A DNA stretch of 56,180 nucleotides from Armatimonadota bacterium. Its GTDB lineage: Bacteria > Armatimonadota > Hebobacteria > Hebobacterales > Hebobacteraceae. The notes under the pieces were generated by a model. It saw nothing but the letters and a program-made list of their open reading frames with translations, did not search any database and was not told where the DNA came from. A program made the translations under genes and the position numbers. Shown in pieces: positions 18,507-26,437 of this stretch; position 1 is the first letter of the stretch; each line of letters opens with the position of its first letter. Location of the stretch: NCBI GenBank assembly GCA_015486155.1, contig WFSF01000202.1, forward strand, positions 1 to 56,180, in the 5' to 3' direction.

Positions 18507-21256
18507 AACCATGGTGGAAGGTAGCAATTCCGCACAAGGATATTCGGGATGGACGGTTTGATCCATCTGTTTTCGCCATTGACCTGGGAGACGTGACCAG
18601 GCCTGGCGCTGCTGGAGAGTATCGAGACCCGGCCAAGTTCTTTTCCCGTACCTACATGACGAACGGCCTCCGGGAGCTGCTCACAAAGGTTCTGGTGACT
18701 CTATTCAAAGGAGAGGCAAAGGGCGGGGTTCAGCGCATTGCGCCCGTGGTTCAGTTGGTAACGCCTTTCGGAGGCGGCAAGACGCATTCGTTGCTGGCGC
18801 TGTACCATCTTTTGCGACACTATCCAAAGGTCAAGTCGCTGGAACAGATTCGGAACATCGTGAACGAAGTGGGCCTGAAGGCCATCCCGAAGACCAACGT
18901 GGCCTGCATTGACGGGACGCACCTCGATCCGCTGGCGGGGGATAAGAAGAAAGAAGGCATGACCATTCGGACGCTCTGGGGGGAGATCGCCTACCAATTG
19001 GGCGGGCCTGCGCTCTATGGGCTGGTGCGCGAGCACGACGAGAAGCTGGTATCCCCGGGAAAGAAGAAATTGCGGGAGGTTCTGGAGGCGGCTTCGCCCT
19101 GCTTGTTGATCCTAGACGAAACGTTGGAGTACATAGTGCGAGCCCAGGGCGTGGAGGACAAGGAAGGCAAGAACCTGCGGGGGCAAACGATGGCCTTCAT
19201 GCAGGAACTTACTGGCGTAGTGGCGTCGCTGGTGGAAGACGAGGAGCACAGTGCGGTCCTGGTGGTGACGCTACCGTCCAGTCACACGGAGCGCTATGAC
19301 GACAGCGCGGAAAAAGACTTCCAGACTCTGAGTCACATTACGAAACGGCTTGAACTGAGGCATTCACCAGTCGAAGGTATGGAGATATACGAGATTGTAC
19401 GACGCCGGTTGTTCGACACGATCAAAGATGGGGACGCCGTGTCAGAGGCGGCCCGGTCATTTCACGAAGTCTTGGAAAAGCTCGGGAACTCTGTGCCGAA
19501 GGAGTTCCGGGATGAACGGTATCGCGAGAAGATTGAGAGGGCATATCCCTTCCATCCCGAGCTTATTGATGTGCTGTACGAGAAGTGGGGGGCGTTGGTG
19601 CAGTTCCAGAGGACGCGCGGGGTGCTGCGCTTCCTGGCTCTGGTCGTGAGCGACCTGTACCGCAAGAACGATCCAAACGCGTTGATCATGCCGGGCTCGG
19701 TTGACCTGAGCAACAGGCTGATCAAGGACGAACTGCTCGCATATCTGGACGAAGGGTACTCGGCAGTAGTGGACTCCGATATTGCTGGAGCGGGATCGAA
19801 GTGCGCCGCGATAGACCGTGAGCTTCCCAGCGAGTTCGAGAGATACAATGTGGCGACGAGGGTGGCCACGCTGATATTCCTGCATTCGGTCCGGACGAAC
19901 GGGAGTCCACAGATTCCAACCAAGCGCATCAGGGCCGCGACCGTGATGCCTGATCTGGGTTCTCCTGTCATCAGCGAAGCGCTGGAGCGCATGGGCAGCC
20001 TCTGGTTTCTGTACTCTGACGAGAAGCGGGAGAACTGGCTGTTTCGGAAGGAGCCTGGGATTTCCAAGATCGTCACCGAGAAGATGGACTCGCTCGATGA
20101 CGAGGATGTGTTGGACTTCGTGAACACGCAGCTTGTCGAAGTCGTAGGTAATGGCAGTGTGTTCGTCGCCCCTGAGAACCCTGCGAAGATCCCGGACAGT
20201 GAAGCGCTGAAGTTCGTGTTCTTGTCCCCGCGGCATCCATACGGGGAGGAGAGCCCGGGCGATGCCGAACGATTTTGTGCGCGAGTGCTGAATGAGTATC
20301 TGCCCACCAGCCCGCGACGCAGGAAGAACACGCTGGTATTCGTGCTCCCCGCTGCTGACAAGGTTGGCAGGATACTGAGCTTGGGGCGCGAGTTGCTAGC
20401 TCTGCAGCAGGTGGCGGAGAGCACAGAGATCAAGGAAACTCTCTCGGAGAGCCAGACTAGAGATCTGAAGGCTAGACTGACGGATATTCGAGCCCGCTTC
20501 TTTAACGAGCTGCAGATAGCATACTCCCAAGTGCTGGTGCCGTCAGCTGAAGGATTTACCAACTACCCACTGGGGCTGAACGTGTTGAGAGGCCGCGGCA
20601 AGATAAGGGAGTACGTCGAGCGGTATTTGAAAGACAATGAAATCCTTGTGGATGATATTGAACCATCCCTGTTGGTCTCCAGAGCCTGGCCGAACAACAC
20701 CAATCATGTGACCACAAGCGAGGTTTATGAGGCCTTCCTGAAATACACTGGAGTTGAGATGATAACCGGGAAGGATGTGATCCGACGGGCCGTGGCAAAA
20801 GGGGTCAGCACAGGTGTGTTCGGATATGGCCTGGCTGAGTATCCAGAACAGTTGGAAGACATACGCTTCAAGGAACGCATGACGGAAAACGAGGTCGAGC
20901 TCAGCGAAAATGCCTGGCTGATTAAGGCGGAAGTGGCCCAAAAGATGGTAAAGCCGGAGGAAGGGGGGTCTGAGGGCCCGCAGGAGCCGCCAGAGACTGG
21001 GGCCACCAAAGAGGAAGGTGAGGAAGAAGAAGCGGAACCGCAACAAAGGCACATTCAAATCACCATTGATGCGTCTGAGGCCAGGATCCACGACATCTTT
21101 CGAGGCGTTATCAAGCCATTGAAAGATGAAGGGGCGGACGTGAGAGTTACAGTAAGCGTCGAGGCCCAGGGTGAGATCAGCGAACAGACTCTAAAGATGA
21201 AGGTGCGTGAGACGCTCCAGCAGTTAGGGGCAAAGTTTCGGATTGAGGAGGCGTAG
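18503..21256 (+). CDS. DUF499-family P-loop ATPase (BrxC/PglY-like)
   Basis: ATG 18503 overlaps the methyltransferase TGA (ATGA). MKPWWKVAIPHKDIRDGRFDPSVFAIDLGDV is a DUF499-type N-terminus. Walker A is TPFGGGKTHSL and Walker B is CLLILDETLEY. About 917 aa. Confidence 0.85.
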   Translation: MKPWWKVAIPHKDIRDGRFDPSVFAIDLGDVTRPGAAGEYRDPAKFFSRTYMTNGLRELLTKVLVTLFKGEAKGGVQRIAPVVQLVTPFGGGKTHSLLALYHLLRHYPKVKSLEQIRNIVNEVGLKAIPKTNVACIDGTHLDPLAGDKKKEGMTIRTLWGEIAYQLGGPALYGLVREHDEKLVSPGKKKLREVLEAASPCLLILDETLEYIVRAQGVEDKEGKNLRGQTMAFMQELTGVVASLVEDEEHSAVLVVTLPSSHTERYDDSAEKDFQTLSHITKRLELRHSPVEGMEIYEIVRRRLFDTIKDGDAVSEAARSFHEVLEKLGNSVPKEFRDERYREKIERAYPFHPELIDVLYEKWGALVQFQRTRGVLRFLALVVSDLYRKNDPNALIMPGSVDLSNRLIKDELLAYLDEGYSAVVDSDIAGAGSKCAAIDRELPSEFERYNVATRVATLIFLHSVRTNGSPQIPTKRIRAATVMPDLGSPVISEALERMGSLWFLYSDEKRENWLFRKEPGISKIVTEKMDSLDDEDVLDFVNTQLVEVVGNGSVFVAPENPAKIPDSEALKFVFLSPRHPYGEESPGDAERFCARVLNEYLPTSPRRRKNTLVFVLPAADKVGRILSLGRELLALQQVAESTEIKETLSESQTRDLKARLTDIRARFFNELQIAYSQVLVPSAEGFTNYPLGLNVLRGRGKIREYVERYLKDNEILVDDIEPSLLVSRAWPNNTNHVTTSEVYEAFLKYTGVEMITGKDVIRRAVAKGVSTGVFGYGLAEYPEQLEDIRFKERMTENEVELSENAWLIKAEVAQKMVKPEEGGSEGPQEPPETGATKEEGEEEEAEPQQRHIQITIDASEARIHDIFRGVIKPLKDEGADVRVTVSVEAQGEISEQTLKMKVRETLQQLGAKFRIEEA

Positions 21257-21277
21257 AGCGGCCAGAAGTGGTTATGG

Positions 21278-22048
21278 GTGATCTCGATGTTGGAGCCAGG
21301 ATATTACGCCAATATTTTCCAGGTTAATCTAGACGCAGAGCGAGCGACGGTCGTTGCAGCGCCCAGGAAGAAGTATCCAGAAATCAAGTCGCTACGGGAT
21401 GAGATCCAAAGGGATGGGAGACAGGTTTGGGTGTACGCTCCCACACGTGGCGACCGGGTTTTCGGTTACGGTCCTGATGCGGAATGGCTGCTAACGAAGA
21501 GTTTCAAGACGTGCACGGTGGTCTTCGAGCGGGAGCCGAGACTGACAACGCGGATGATCCTGGACGGGATTGCCACAAAGGCTGGGACGTTCGGTTACGC
21601 GCCCATGTTCGAAAAGATGGGACGTTGTAGGTTGTTCAAGTGGCAGGAGCCGGAACGCATCGTGGCCCAGCGTGTGTCCGTTTTCAAGGGATATGATATC
21701 CGCGCTCTATTCCTTGCGGATGAAACAAACGAGGGGGCCGGGGCAGTGACATTTCACTTGGTTGTCGATGTGTGCTACGCGTTGAGGGATGACCTCGCTA
21801 ACGCGCTCAATTTCAGAGAGCTGGTAGAGCGGTTTGGCAGCGCGGCTCTAAAAGAGGTGCGTCAGATTCAACGTGACCTCATTCCTACAGGGATTAATAC
21901 TGAGGTCTCGCGTGAACGCCTGGCAAAGGACATCGTTCCTTTCGTAAAAGAACTTGGGAGCTTTGCTCTGCCCTGTAACATCCAGGCGAAGGTCCTCTCT
22001 GATCCGGTACGTATAGTGGTGGGTGCTCAAGATGAATCTCTATGGTGA
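21278..22048 (+). CDS. pAgo partner protein, APAZ-like (N/L1/L2-type) without a recognisable effector domain
   Basis: 256-aa ORF (GTG 21278 or ATG 21287) whose 3' end overlaps the start of the PIWI gene. Its size and position match the APAZ partner of short pAgos. I saw no SIR2, TIR, Mrr or DREN motifs. The assignment is positional plus compositional only. Confidence 0.5.
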   Translation: MISMLEPGYYANIFQVNLDAERATVVAAPRKKYPEIKSLRDEIQRDGRQVWVYAPTRGDRVFGYGPDAEWLLTKSFKTCTVVFEREPRLTTRMILDGIATKAGTFGYAPMFEKMGRCRLFKWQEPERIVAQRVSVFKGYDIRALFLADETNEGAGAVTFHLVVDVCYALRDDLANALNFRELVERFGSAALKEVRQIQRDLIPTGINTEVSRERLAKDIVPFVKELGSFALPCNIQAKVLSDPVRIVVGAQDESLW

Positions 22049-23288
22049 ATTGCTGAATTCTCCGCAACTCAGGTTCAACTATTCGTCGCCTGCAGCGCGA
22101 GATGCGTGGAACCGGCGTGGCCTTGCCCGGTTTGGGCCTTATGACTCAACGCTCTTTCCGAAGGACCGTGTGGAGGCCGTCGTACTCTACCCCACTGGAA
22201 GCAAACGAGAGCACGACCTGCTGATCAACGGGTTGACGGTAGGCGAAGGAAACTTTGGAGGGTTTCAGCAGCTGTTCAAGATTCCCATTCATTTCATAGA
22301 TCACATCTCCTTTGGCACCGAGCAAGATCTGGGGTCACATCTCGATCATATAGCATCTTTGCCCCATCCCCCGGACATAGTATTCGCTCTCCTGCAGCGT
22401 CGCGAGTCTGACACTTACGTGTCGTGCAAATCGCGACTACTTGCAAACGGCATCCCAAGTCAGATGATCCTGGTGAACAAGCTGAATGATCCGCGGGGCA
22501 GGCAGTATGTGCTTGAGAACCTAGCACTAGCATCTTATGCCAAGGTGGGCGGAACACCGTGGACCATAGCCGCCCCAAGTCCAGACGAAGAGGTGGTACT
22601 AGGAGTCAGCAGAGCGCGTGACGCATCGATGAGGTACTATGTGGGGTACGTAGTGCTCTTCACCCGTGATGGTGACTTTCTCTTCGTTAGCTCTAAAGCA
22701 CCTGTTGTGGAGTGGGATGATTACGTCAAGGGCCTATCCGGAATGGTAGAGAGCGCGATTAGGCAGTTTGAAGAGGAGCGCGGAGCCCCGTCATCTATTG
22801 TCGTTCATTTTCACAAGAATCCTGGTCGTAGGGAGATCGAGGCAATCACGCAGGGATTACAGAACGCCGCGCAAGATATGCCTTTCGCGATCGTTCATCT
22901 GAACGAGTTCTCAAACTTTCGTCTCTTTGATGTGCGGCAATCATCCTACATTCCACCTGCAGGTCTCAAGGTGAACCTCAGTCAGACTGAAGCTCTTCTG
23001 TTACTCGACGGTCTGAGAAATGGCCGAAGAAGAAGGATGGGCGTGCCACGTGTCCTCGACATCCGACTTGATAGTCGATCCACAATGGCTTATGACGAGT
23101 TTCCTAGACTTGTGCAGCAAGTCAATGACTTGGCCCATGTCAACTGGCGAGGATTCAACGCTGCGGCTGTTCCCATCACGATCAGTTATTCCAGGCTCAT
23201 AGCTAGAATGCTCGTCGAAATCGGGATCAATGCCTGGAACGAAATAGTTTCGGAGGGACGACTACGACACAAGGCGTGGTTTCTGTGA
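22023..23288 (+). CDS. ago: Short prokaryotic Argonaute (MID-PIWI), catalytically inactive
   Basis: PIWI hallmark ASYAKVGGTPWTIA is present. The MID 5'-end pocket is YVSCK...PSQMILVNKL (Y-x3-K, Q, K). DEDX positions are substituted (VVLGVSRAR in place of GxD; VVHFHKNPG in place of hRDG). The hydrophobic C-terminal end ...KAWFL is also present. Start is GTG 22023 or ATG 22032. Confidence 0.8.
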   Translation: MLKMNLYGELLNSPQLRFNYSSPAARDAWNRRGLARFGPYDSTLFPKDRVEAVVLYPTGSKREHDLLINGLTVGEGNFGGFQQLFKIPIHFIDHISFGTEQDLGSHLDHIASLPHPPDIVFALLQRRESDTYVSCKSRLLANGIPSQMILVNKLNDPRGRQYVLENLALASYAKVGGTPWTIAAPSPDEEVVLGVSRARDASMRYYVGYVVLFTRDGDFLFVSSKAPVVEWDDYVKGLSGMVESAIRQFEEERGAPSSIVVHFHKNPGRREIEAITQGLQNAAQDMPFAIVHLNEFSNFRLFDVRQSSYIPPAGLKVNLSQTEALLLLDGLRNGRRRRMGVPRVLDIRLDSRSTMAYDEFPRLVQQVNDLAHVNWRGFNAAAVPITISYSRLIARMLVEIGINAWNEIVSEGRLRHKAWFL

Positions 23289-24448
23289 ATCTCGACTTCC
23301 ACCGGTTGAAAGAAGCAGTTCATCGAGAGATACTCGACAGACTCAGCCAGACCAATCTGCCGGCAGAAGCTCCTGACTTCTCCTGGCTTACGTACGGTTT
23401 ATGGCATCTTGAAGGGAGTGACGGAACCAATGCCGGTCCTGCCTGCAAGCGTCTTGAGAGGTGGGCACTGGCCGAGGAGGGGGAGCGGCGAGAACGCTAC
23501 CTAGCTCCGCTGTGTCTCTCTTACTGCCTATCTCAAGACGAGAAGGCTAAACAGGTTATCGGCAAGAAGATCCGTCAACTACTAGCCCGTTTGCTTGGCG
23601 TCCGAAGCAGCACGAAATTCGACGTTTTGAATGACCCCAGCCAGGTTCTGGCCGTAGCAATGGCAAAGGGAGCGCTTGACACAGAAATGGTTGAGCAGAC
23701 TGTCAAGCGAGTTTCCTCTGCGATCGGCGGGAGGACAATTCGGAAAGCATTGTTCAGTGCAGCCATTACTAAGCTAACAGGAAGCCCAGTTCCTAACGAG
23801 GTTCTTTCGACGCCAACAGGAGACCTGGAGGATGTGATAGCCGTCCTATGGCTCGCACGCCGGTACAATATTGCCGATGTCGTGGGTTTGTGGGAGAAAG
23901 TTAGTCAGACCATGCTTCCAATCCTCGGAAACGGGACCTTTCGAGATTTGGGAGTATCTTACCCGAGCGTAGCACTTCTTGCTGAAGTGCTGCAGTTGGA
24001 AACAACGTCACCTAGTCCGCAGATTCTGTTCAATCTTTTTCCGTTTGAGCCTGAGATTCGGAAGATTGCCGGGAGCCACTTCCACGAGGGACGGTTTACC
24101 ACAGCGGTTTTCCAGGCCACGATGAAGCTGAACGAGTTCATACAAGCTAGGTCCGGAAGTCAGAAGTCCGAAGGCGACCTCGTACAGTACACCATGCAGC
24201 CTCGTGGTTCCAAGCCCCCGATTATCCAATTCAACGAATTCTGGACAGAGATTTCGGGAAAGAATGAGCAATCAGGTCTGGCATTGATCGCGAAAGGAAT
24301 CTTCACGGGGTTCCGCAACCCTAAGGGACACAAACCGGAGGATCATCCTTTAGGGCGAGTGGATGCCTACGAGGCCTTGGCCCAGCTAGTCGTGATTGAC
24401 TATATCTGGAAAAGGGTATCTCGGGCCAGGATACGCCCCGTCAGGTAG
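23276..24448 (+). CDS. Protein with C-terminal TIGR02391/Hypoth_Ymh domain (HEPN-type Rx4H motif)
   Basis: Its start overlaps the pAgo stop. The C-terminal roughly 120 aa, HFHEGRFTTAVFQATMKLNEFIQARSG...GDLVQYTM...GIFTGFRNPKGHKPED, matches my memory of the TIGR02391 consensus, including R-N-P-K-G-H (Rx4H). The N-terminal roughly 270 aa are helical and unassigned. Confidence 0.65.
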   Translation: MVSVNLDFHRLKEAVHREILDRLSQTNLPAEAPDFSWLTYGLWHLEGSDGTNAGPACKRLERWALAEEGERRERYLAPLCLSYCLSQDEKAKQVIGKKIRQLLARLLGVRSSTKFDVLNDPSQVLAVAMAKGALDTEMVEQTVKRVSSAIGGRTIRKALFSAAITKLTGSPVPNEVLSTPTGDLEDVIAVLWLARRYNIADVVGLWEKVSQTMLPILGNGTFRDLGVSYPSVALLAEVLQLETTSPSPQILFNLFPFEPEIRKIAGSHFHEGRFTTAVFQATMKLNEFIQARSGSQKSEGDLVQYTMQPRGSKPPIIQFNEFWTEISGKNEQSGLALIAKGIFTGFRNPKGHKPEDHPLGRVDAYEALAQLVVIDYIWKRVSRARIRPVR

Positions 24449-24456
24449 AACCTCGC

Positions 24457-25203
24457 TCACCACTCCCCGCACAGCTCCTTGTACCCGCAGATTCCGCACA
24501 TGAAGTTCTCGTTGGGATAGAAGATTCCCGTGTTGATGGCGCGTTCAACGTGCTCGGCCAGCCTGAGAAAGCGGTCAATGTCGGCCTGCGCGCGGGTTGT
24601 CGGTAACTGCTGGACCTTTGGCTGTTTCGTGCGCACGAGCACGTCAAGCCTCAGGCCCTTTTCCGGCTTTCCGCGGAGAGCCCGGTAGGCGAGCGCGTAT
24701 GCGGTGAGCTGGATATCTGTCTCTGCGGCATGCGGCGGGAAGCTGCGCCGCGTGGTCTTGTGGTCAATGATGGTCCCCTGCTCATCTATCAGGTCAATAT
24801 ATCCCTTCAGAGGGAGCTCCGTCACGCCGGTTTCGAGCAGAAACTCCCTCTCGACTTCGACCGGCTGGACTCTTGGGGCGACCTCCCGGTGGTAAGCGCC
24901 CAGCAACCTTACCCCGTCATCCTTGAGATGCCCCGGCTTCTCGTCCTCCTGAAAACGCGCGTACCGGCTCTCTTCTTCCCAGCGCTCGCTGAAAATATCG
25001 TGCAGCTGCTCCAGCGGCAGATCCTGGCGGGTCTGAATCTTCTGGCGATAGTTCTGCTCCAAGGTCTCGTGCACGGTCCTGCCGAGGGTGACATCGCCGC
25101 TCGGAGGAATCTTCAGGCCGCATACATAGCGGAAGTAGTACTGGAGAGGACAGCGCAGATACATGCGCAGCTGGGTGACCGACAGGTAGGGTTCATCTCC
25201 CAT
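24457..25203 (-). CDS. PD-(D/E)XK nuclease, Cas4/RecB-like with 4-Cys cluster
   Basis: 248 aa. YLRCPLQYYF near the N-terminus plus C-terminal CGICGYKELC gives the C...CxxCx5C pattern. The nuclease core is GYIDLIDEQGTIIDHKTT (D...D-x-K). Confidence 0.8.
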   Translation of the reverse strand: MGDEPYLSVTQLRMYLRCPLQYYFRYVCGLKIPPSGDVTLGRTVHETLEQNYRQKIQTRQDLPLEQLHDIFSERWEEESRYARFQEDEKPGHLKDDGVRLLGAYHREVAPRVQPVEVEREFLLETGVTELPLKGYIDLIDEQGTIIDHKTTRRSFPPHAAETDIQLTAYALAYRALRGKPEKGLRLDVLVRTKQPKVQQLPTTRAQADIDRFLRLAEHVERAINTGIFYPNENFMCGICGYKELCGEW

Positions 25204-25669
25204 GCTCCCCCTCTCCGGTATCCTTGCACTCCGTCCTTTCCTTCGCGCACTGCTGCATGTGAGCGTTGCCTGTCTCTTTCCCGTGACGCAGCACGTATTC
25301 TTCCATGCGCTCGGCCAGAGTAATCGCCAGGGAAAGCCTCTGCTCGGGCAGCAGCGTGGTCTCCTTGAGCAGTTCCGCCGCGGCGCGCAGGCAGCTCATC
25401 CGCGTGGCACGCAGCGCCTCAGGCACGCGGACGAGTGTGCCGGTCGTGATGATTGAAGGTCCTGGTGAACGCCGCAAGGCAGTGAGGTTCCGGTAGCGGC
25501 CGGAGTGGGTGAAGGCGAACCCGACGGTGTCGCCTTCGCGGATGTTCTCGATCAGCTGCCGGTCCCAGGTGCTGTAGCGCTTTCCGCCGATAGCCAGCAC
25601 CCAGTACTTCGATCCGTCCGCCCTCTCATTGTGCCAGATCCGTTCCACAACGCCCTGCACTTCGCTCAC
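25193..25669 (-). CDS. Hypothetical protein, paralog of 25666..26070 (small beta-rich N-domain plus helical C-domain)
   Basis: MSEVQGVVERIWHNERADGSKYWVLAIGGKRYSTWD...RMSCLRAAAELL aligns with MRGIIEQVWENESRNGQKYLTVQIDGERYSVWD...RLSCLKSAAEIL in the neighbouring gene. It overlaps both neighbours, consistent with translational coupling. Confidence 0.6.
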   Translation of the reverse strand: MSEVQGVVERIWHNERADGSKYWVLAIGGKRYSTWDRQLIENIREGDTVGFAFTHSGRYRNLTALRRSPGPSIITTGTLVRVPEALRATRMSCLRAAAELLKETTLLPEQRLSLAITLAERMEEYVLRHGKETGNAHMQQCAKERTECKDTGEGEHGR

Positions 25670-26070
25670 CCGGTCTGGTCGGGAACGGACGAGCCCAGAT
25701 CGTCGTCTCCGACGTATCTTTCGAATACCTTCGCGGTCTCGATGACGAGGTCTCGCTTGGCGTCAGGATCGAGCTGGGCGGGAGCGAGGATCTCGGCTGC
25801 GGACTTGAGGCAGCTCAGGCGGGTAATCTGTCTGTCCCGATGGTTGTGGTAGGCCGGGGCCTCGTTTTGCTCCCCTGGGTCCCGCACTTGCGTGATGTTC
25901 TTGAAGTTCCCGCTCTGGCGAAACTCGTATTCGACCTCGACTCCCTCTCGCAACTGGTCAAAGTACTTCGTGTCCCAGACGCTGTACCGCTCACCGTCTA
26001 TCTGAACCGTCAGGTACTTCTGGCCGTTCCTGCTCTCGTTCTCCCAGACCTGTTCGATAATCCCTCTCAT
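25666..26070 (-). CDS. Hypothetical protein, paralog of 25193..25669
   Basis: Start set at ATG 26070, preceded by GGAGGTG. The longer track ORF (to 26154) adds a non-homologous leader. Its stop overlaps the next start (ATGA). Confidence 0.6.
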   Translation of the reverse strand: MRGIIEQVWENESRNGQKYLTVQIDGERYSVWDTKYFDQLREGVEVEYEFRQSGNFKNITQVRDPGEQNEAPAYHNHRDRQITRLSCLKSAAEILAPAQLDPDAKRDLVIETAKVFERYVGDDDLGSSVPDQTG

Positions 26071-26166
26071 GCTACACCTCCCCTCCCCCGCCGGCGCAAG
26101 GCCGGGTGCCGTAAGTCCGGACAGCCCGGCATGATGGCGAGGAAGCATGAACACAGCCCCGGGTGC

Positions 26167-26349
26167 TCAGATGTCGGCGTCGTCATTCAGTATCACCCTG
26201 GGGCAAAAGTGGCGGCAGCGCTTCACCTCTCTCGCGGTTGGAATCCGCTTGAGCTTGGCGCACCAGATGCCTCGGTCGTTCTCGATGCCGCAGATGCACT
26301 CTCGGCACTTCCTGAGGCGCGGCCGGTCAGGTTGATAGCTGCCTACCAT
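26167..26349 (-). CDS. Small Cys-rich (zinc-binding?) protein
   Basis: This is the last 60 codons of track ORF 26167..26673: MVGSYQPDRPRLRKCRECICGIENDRGIWCAKLKRIPTAREVKRCRHFCPRVILNDDADI. It lies between the integrase stop and the paralog genes. The upstream part of the track ORF overlaps the integrase and was discarded. Confidence 0.35.
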   Translation of the reverse strand: MVGSYQPDRPRLRKCRECICGIENDRGIWCAKLKRIPTAREVKRCRHFCPRVILNDDADI

Positions 26350-26437
26350 AGAGGGAAAATTGCCGCCGGGGATATTACAGATATCGGAGGGGCAGAGCGC
26401 GGTTCCTGCGGTTGCGCCGCACGATAGAAGAGCGCTT

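Noticed and set aside
12319-21256. Calling the helicase-methylase-ATPase trio BREX or DISARM
   Set aside because: There is no PglZ, BrxA/B/L or PglW, so it is not BREX. There is no DUF1998 DrmA/DrmB or PLD DrmC, so it is not DISARM. The DUF499 ATPase is only BrxC/PglY-related.
22023-23288. An active slicer Argonaute
   Set aside because: The positions expected for the DEDX tetrad read GVSRAR and HFHKNP. The size (421 aa, no N/PAZ) fits the short, inactive class.
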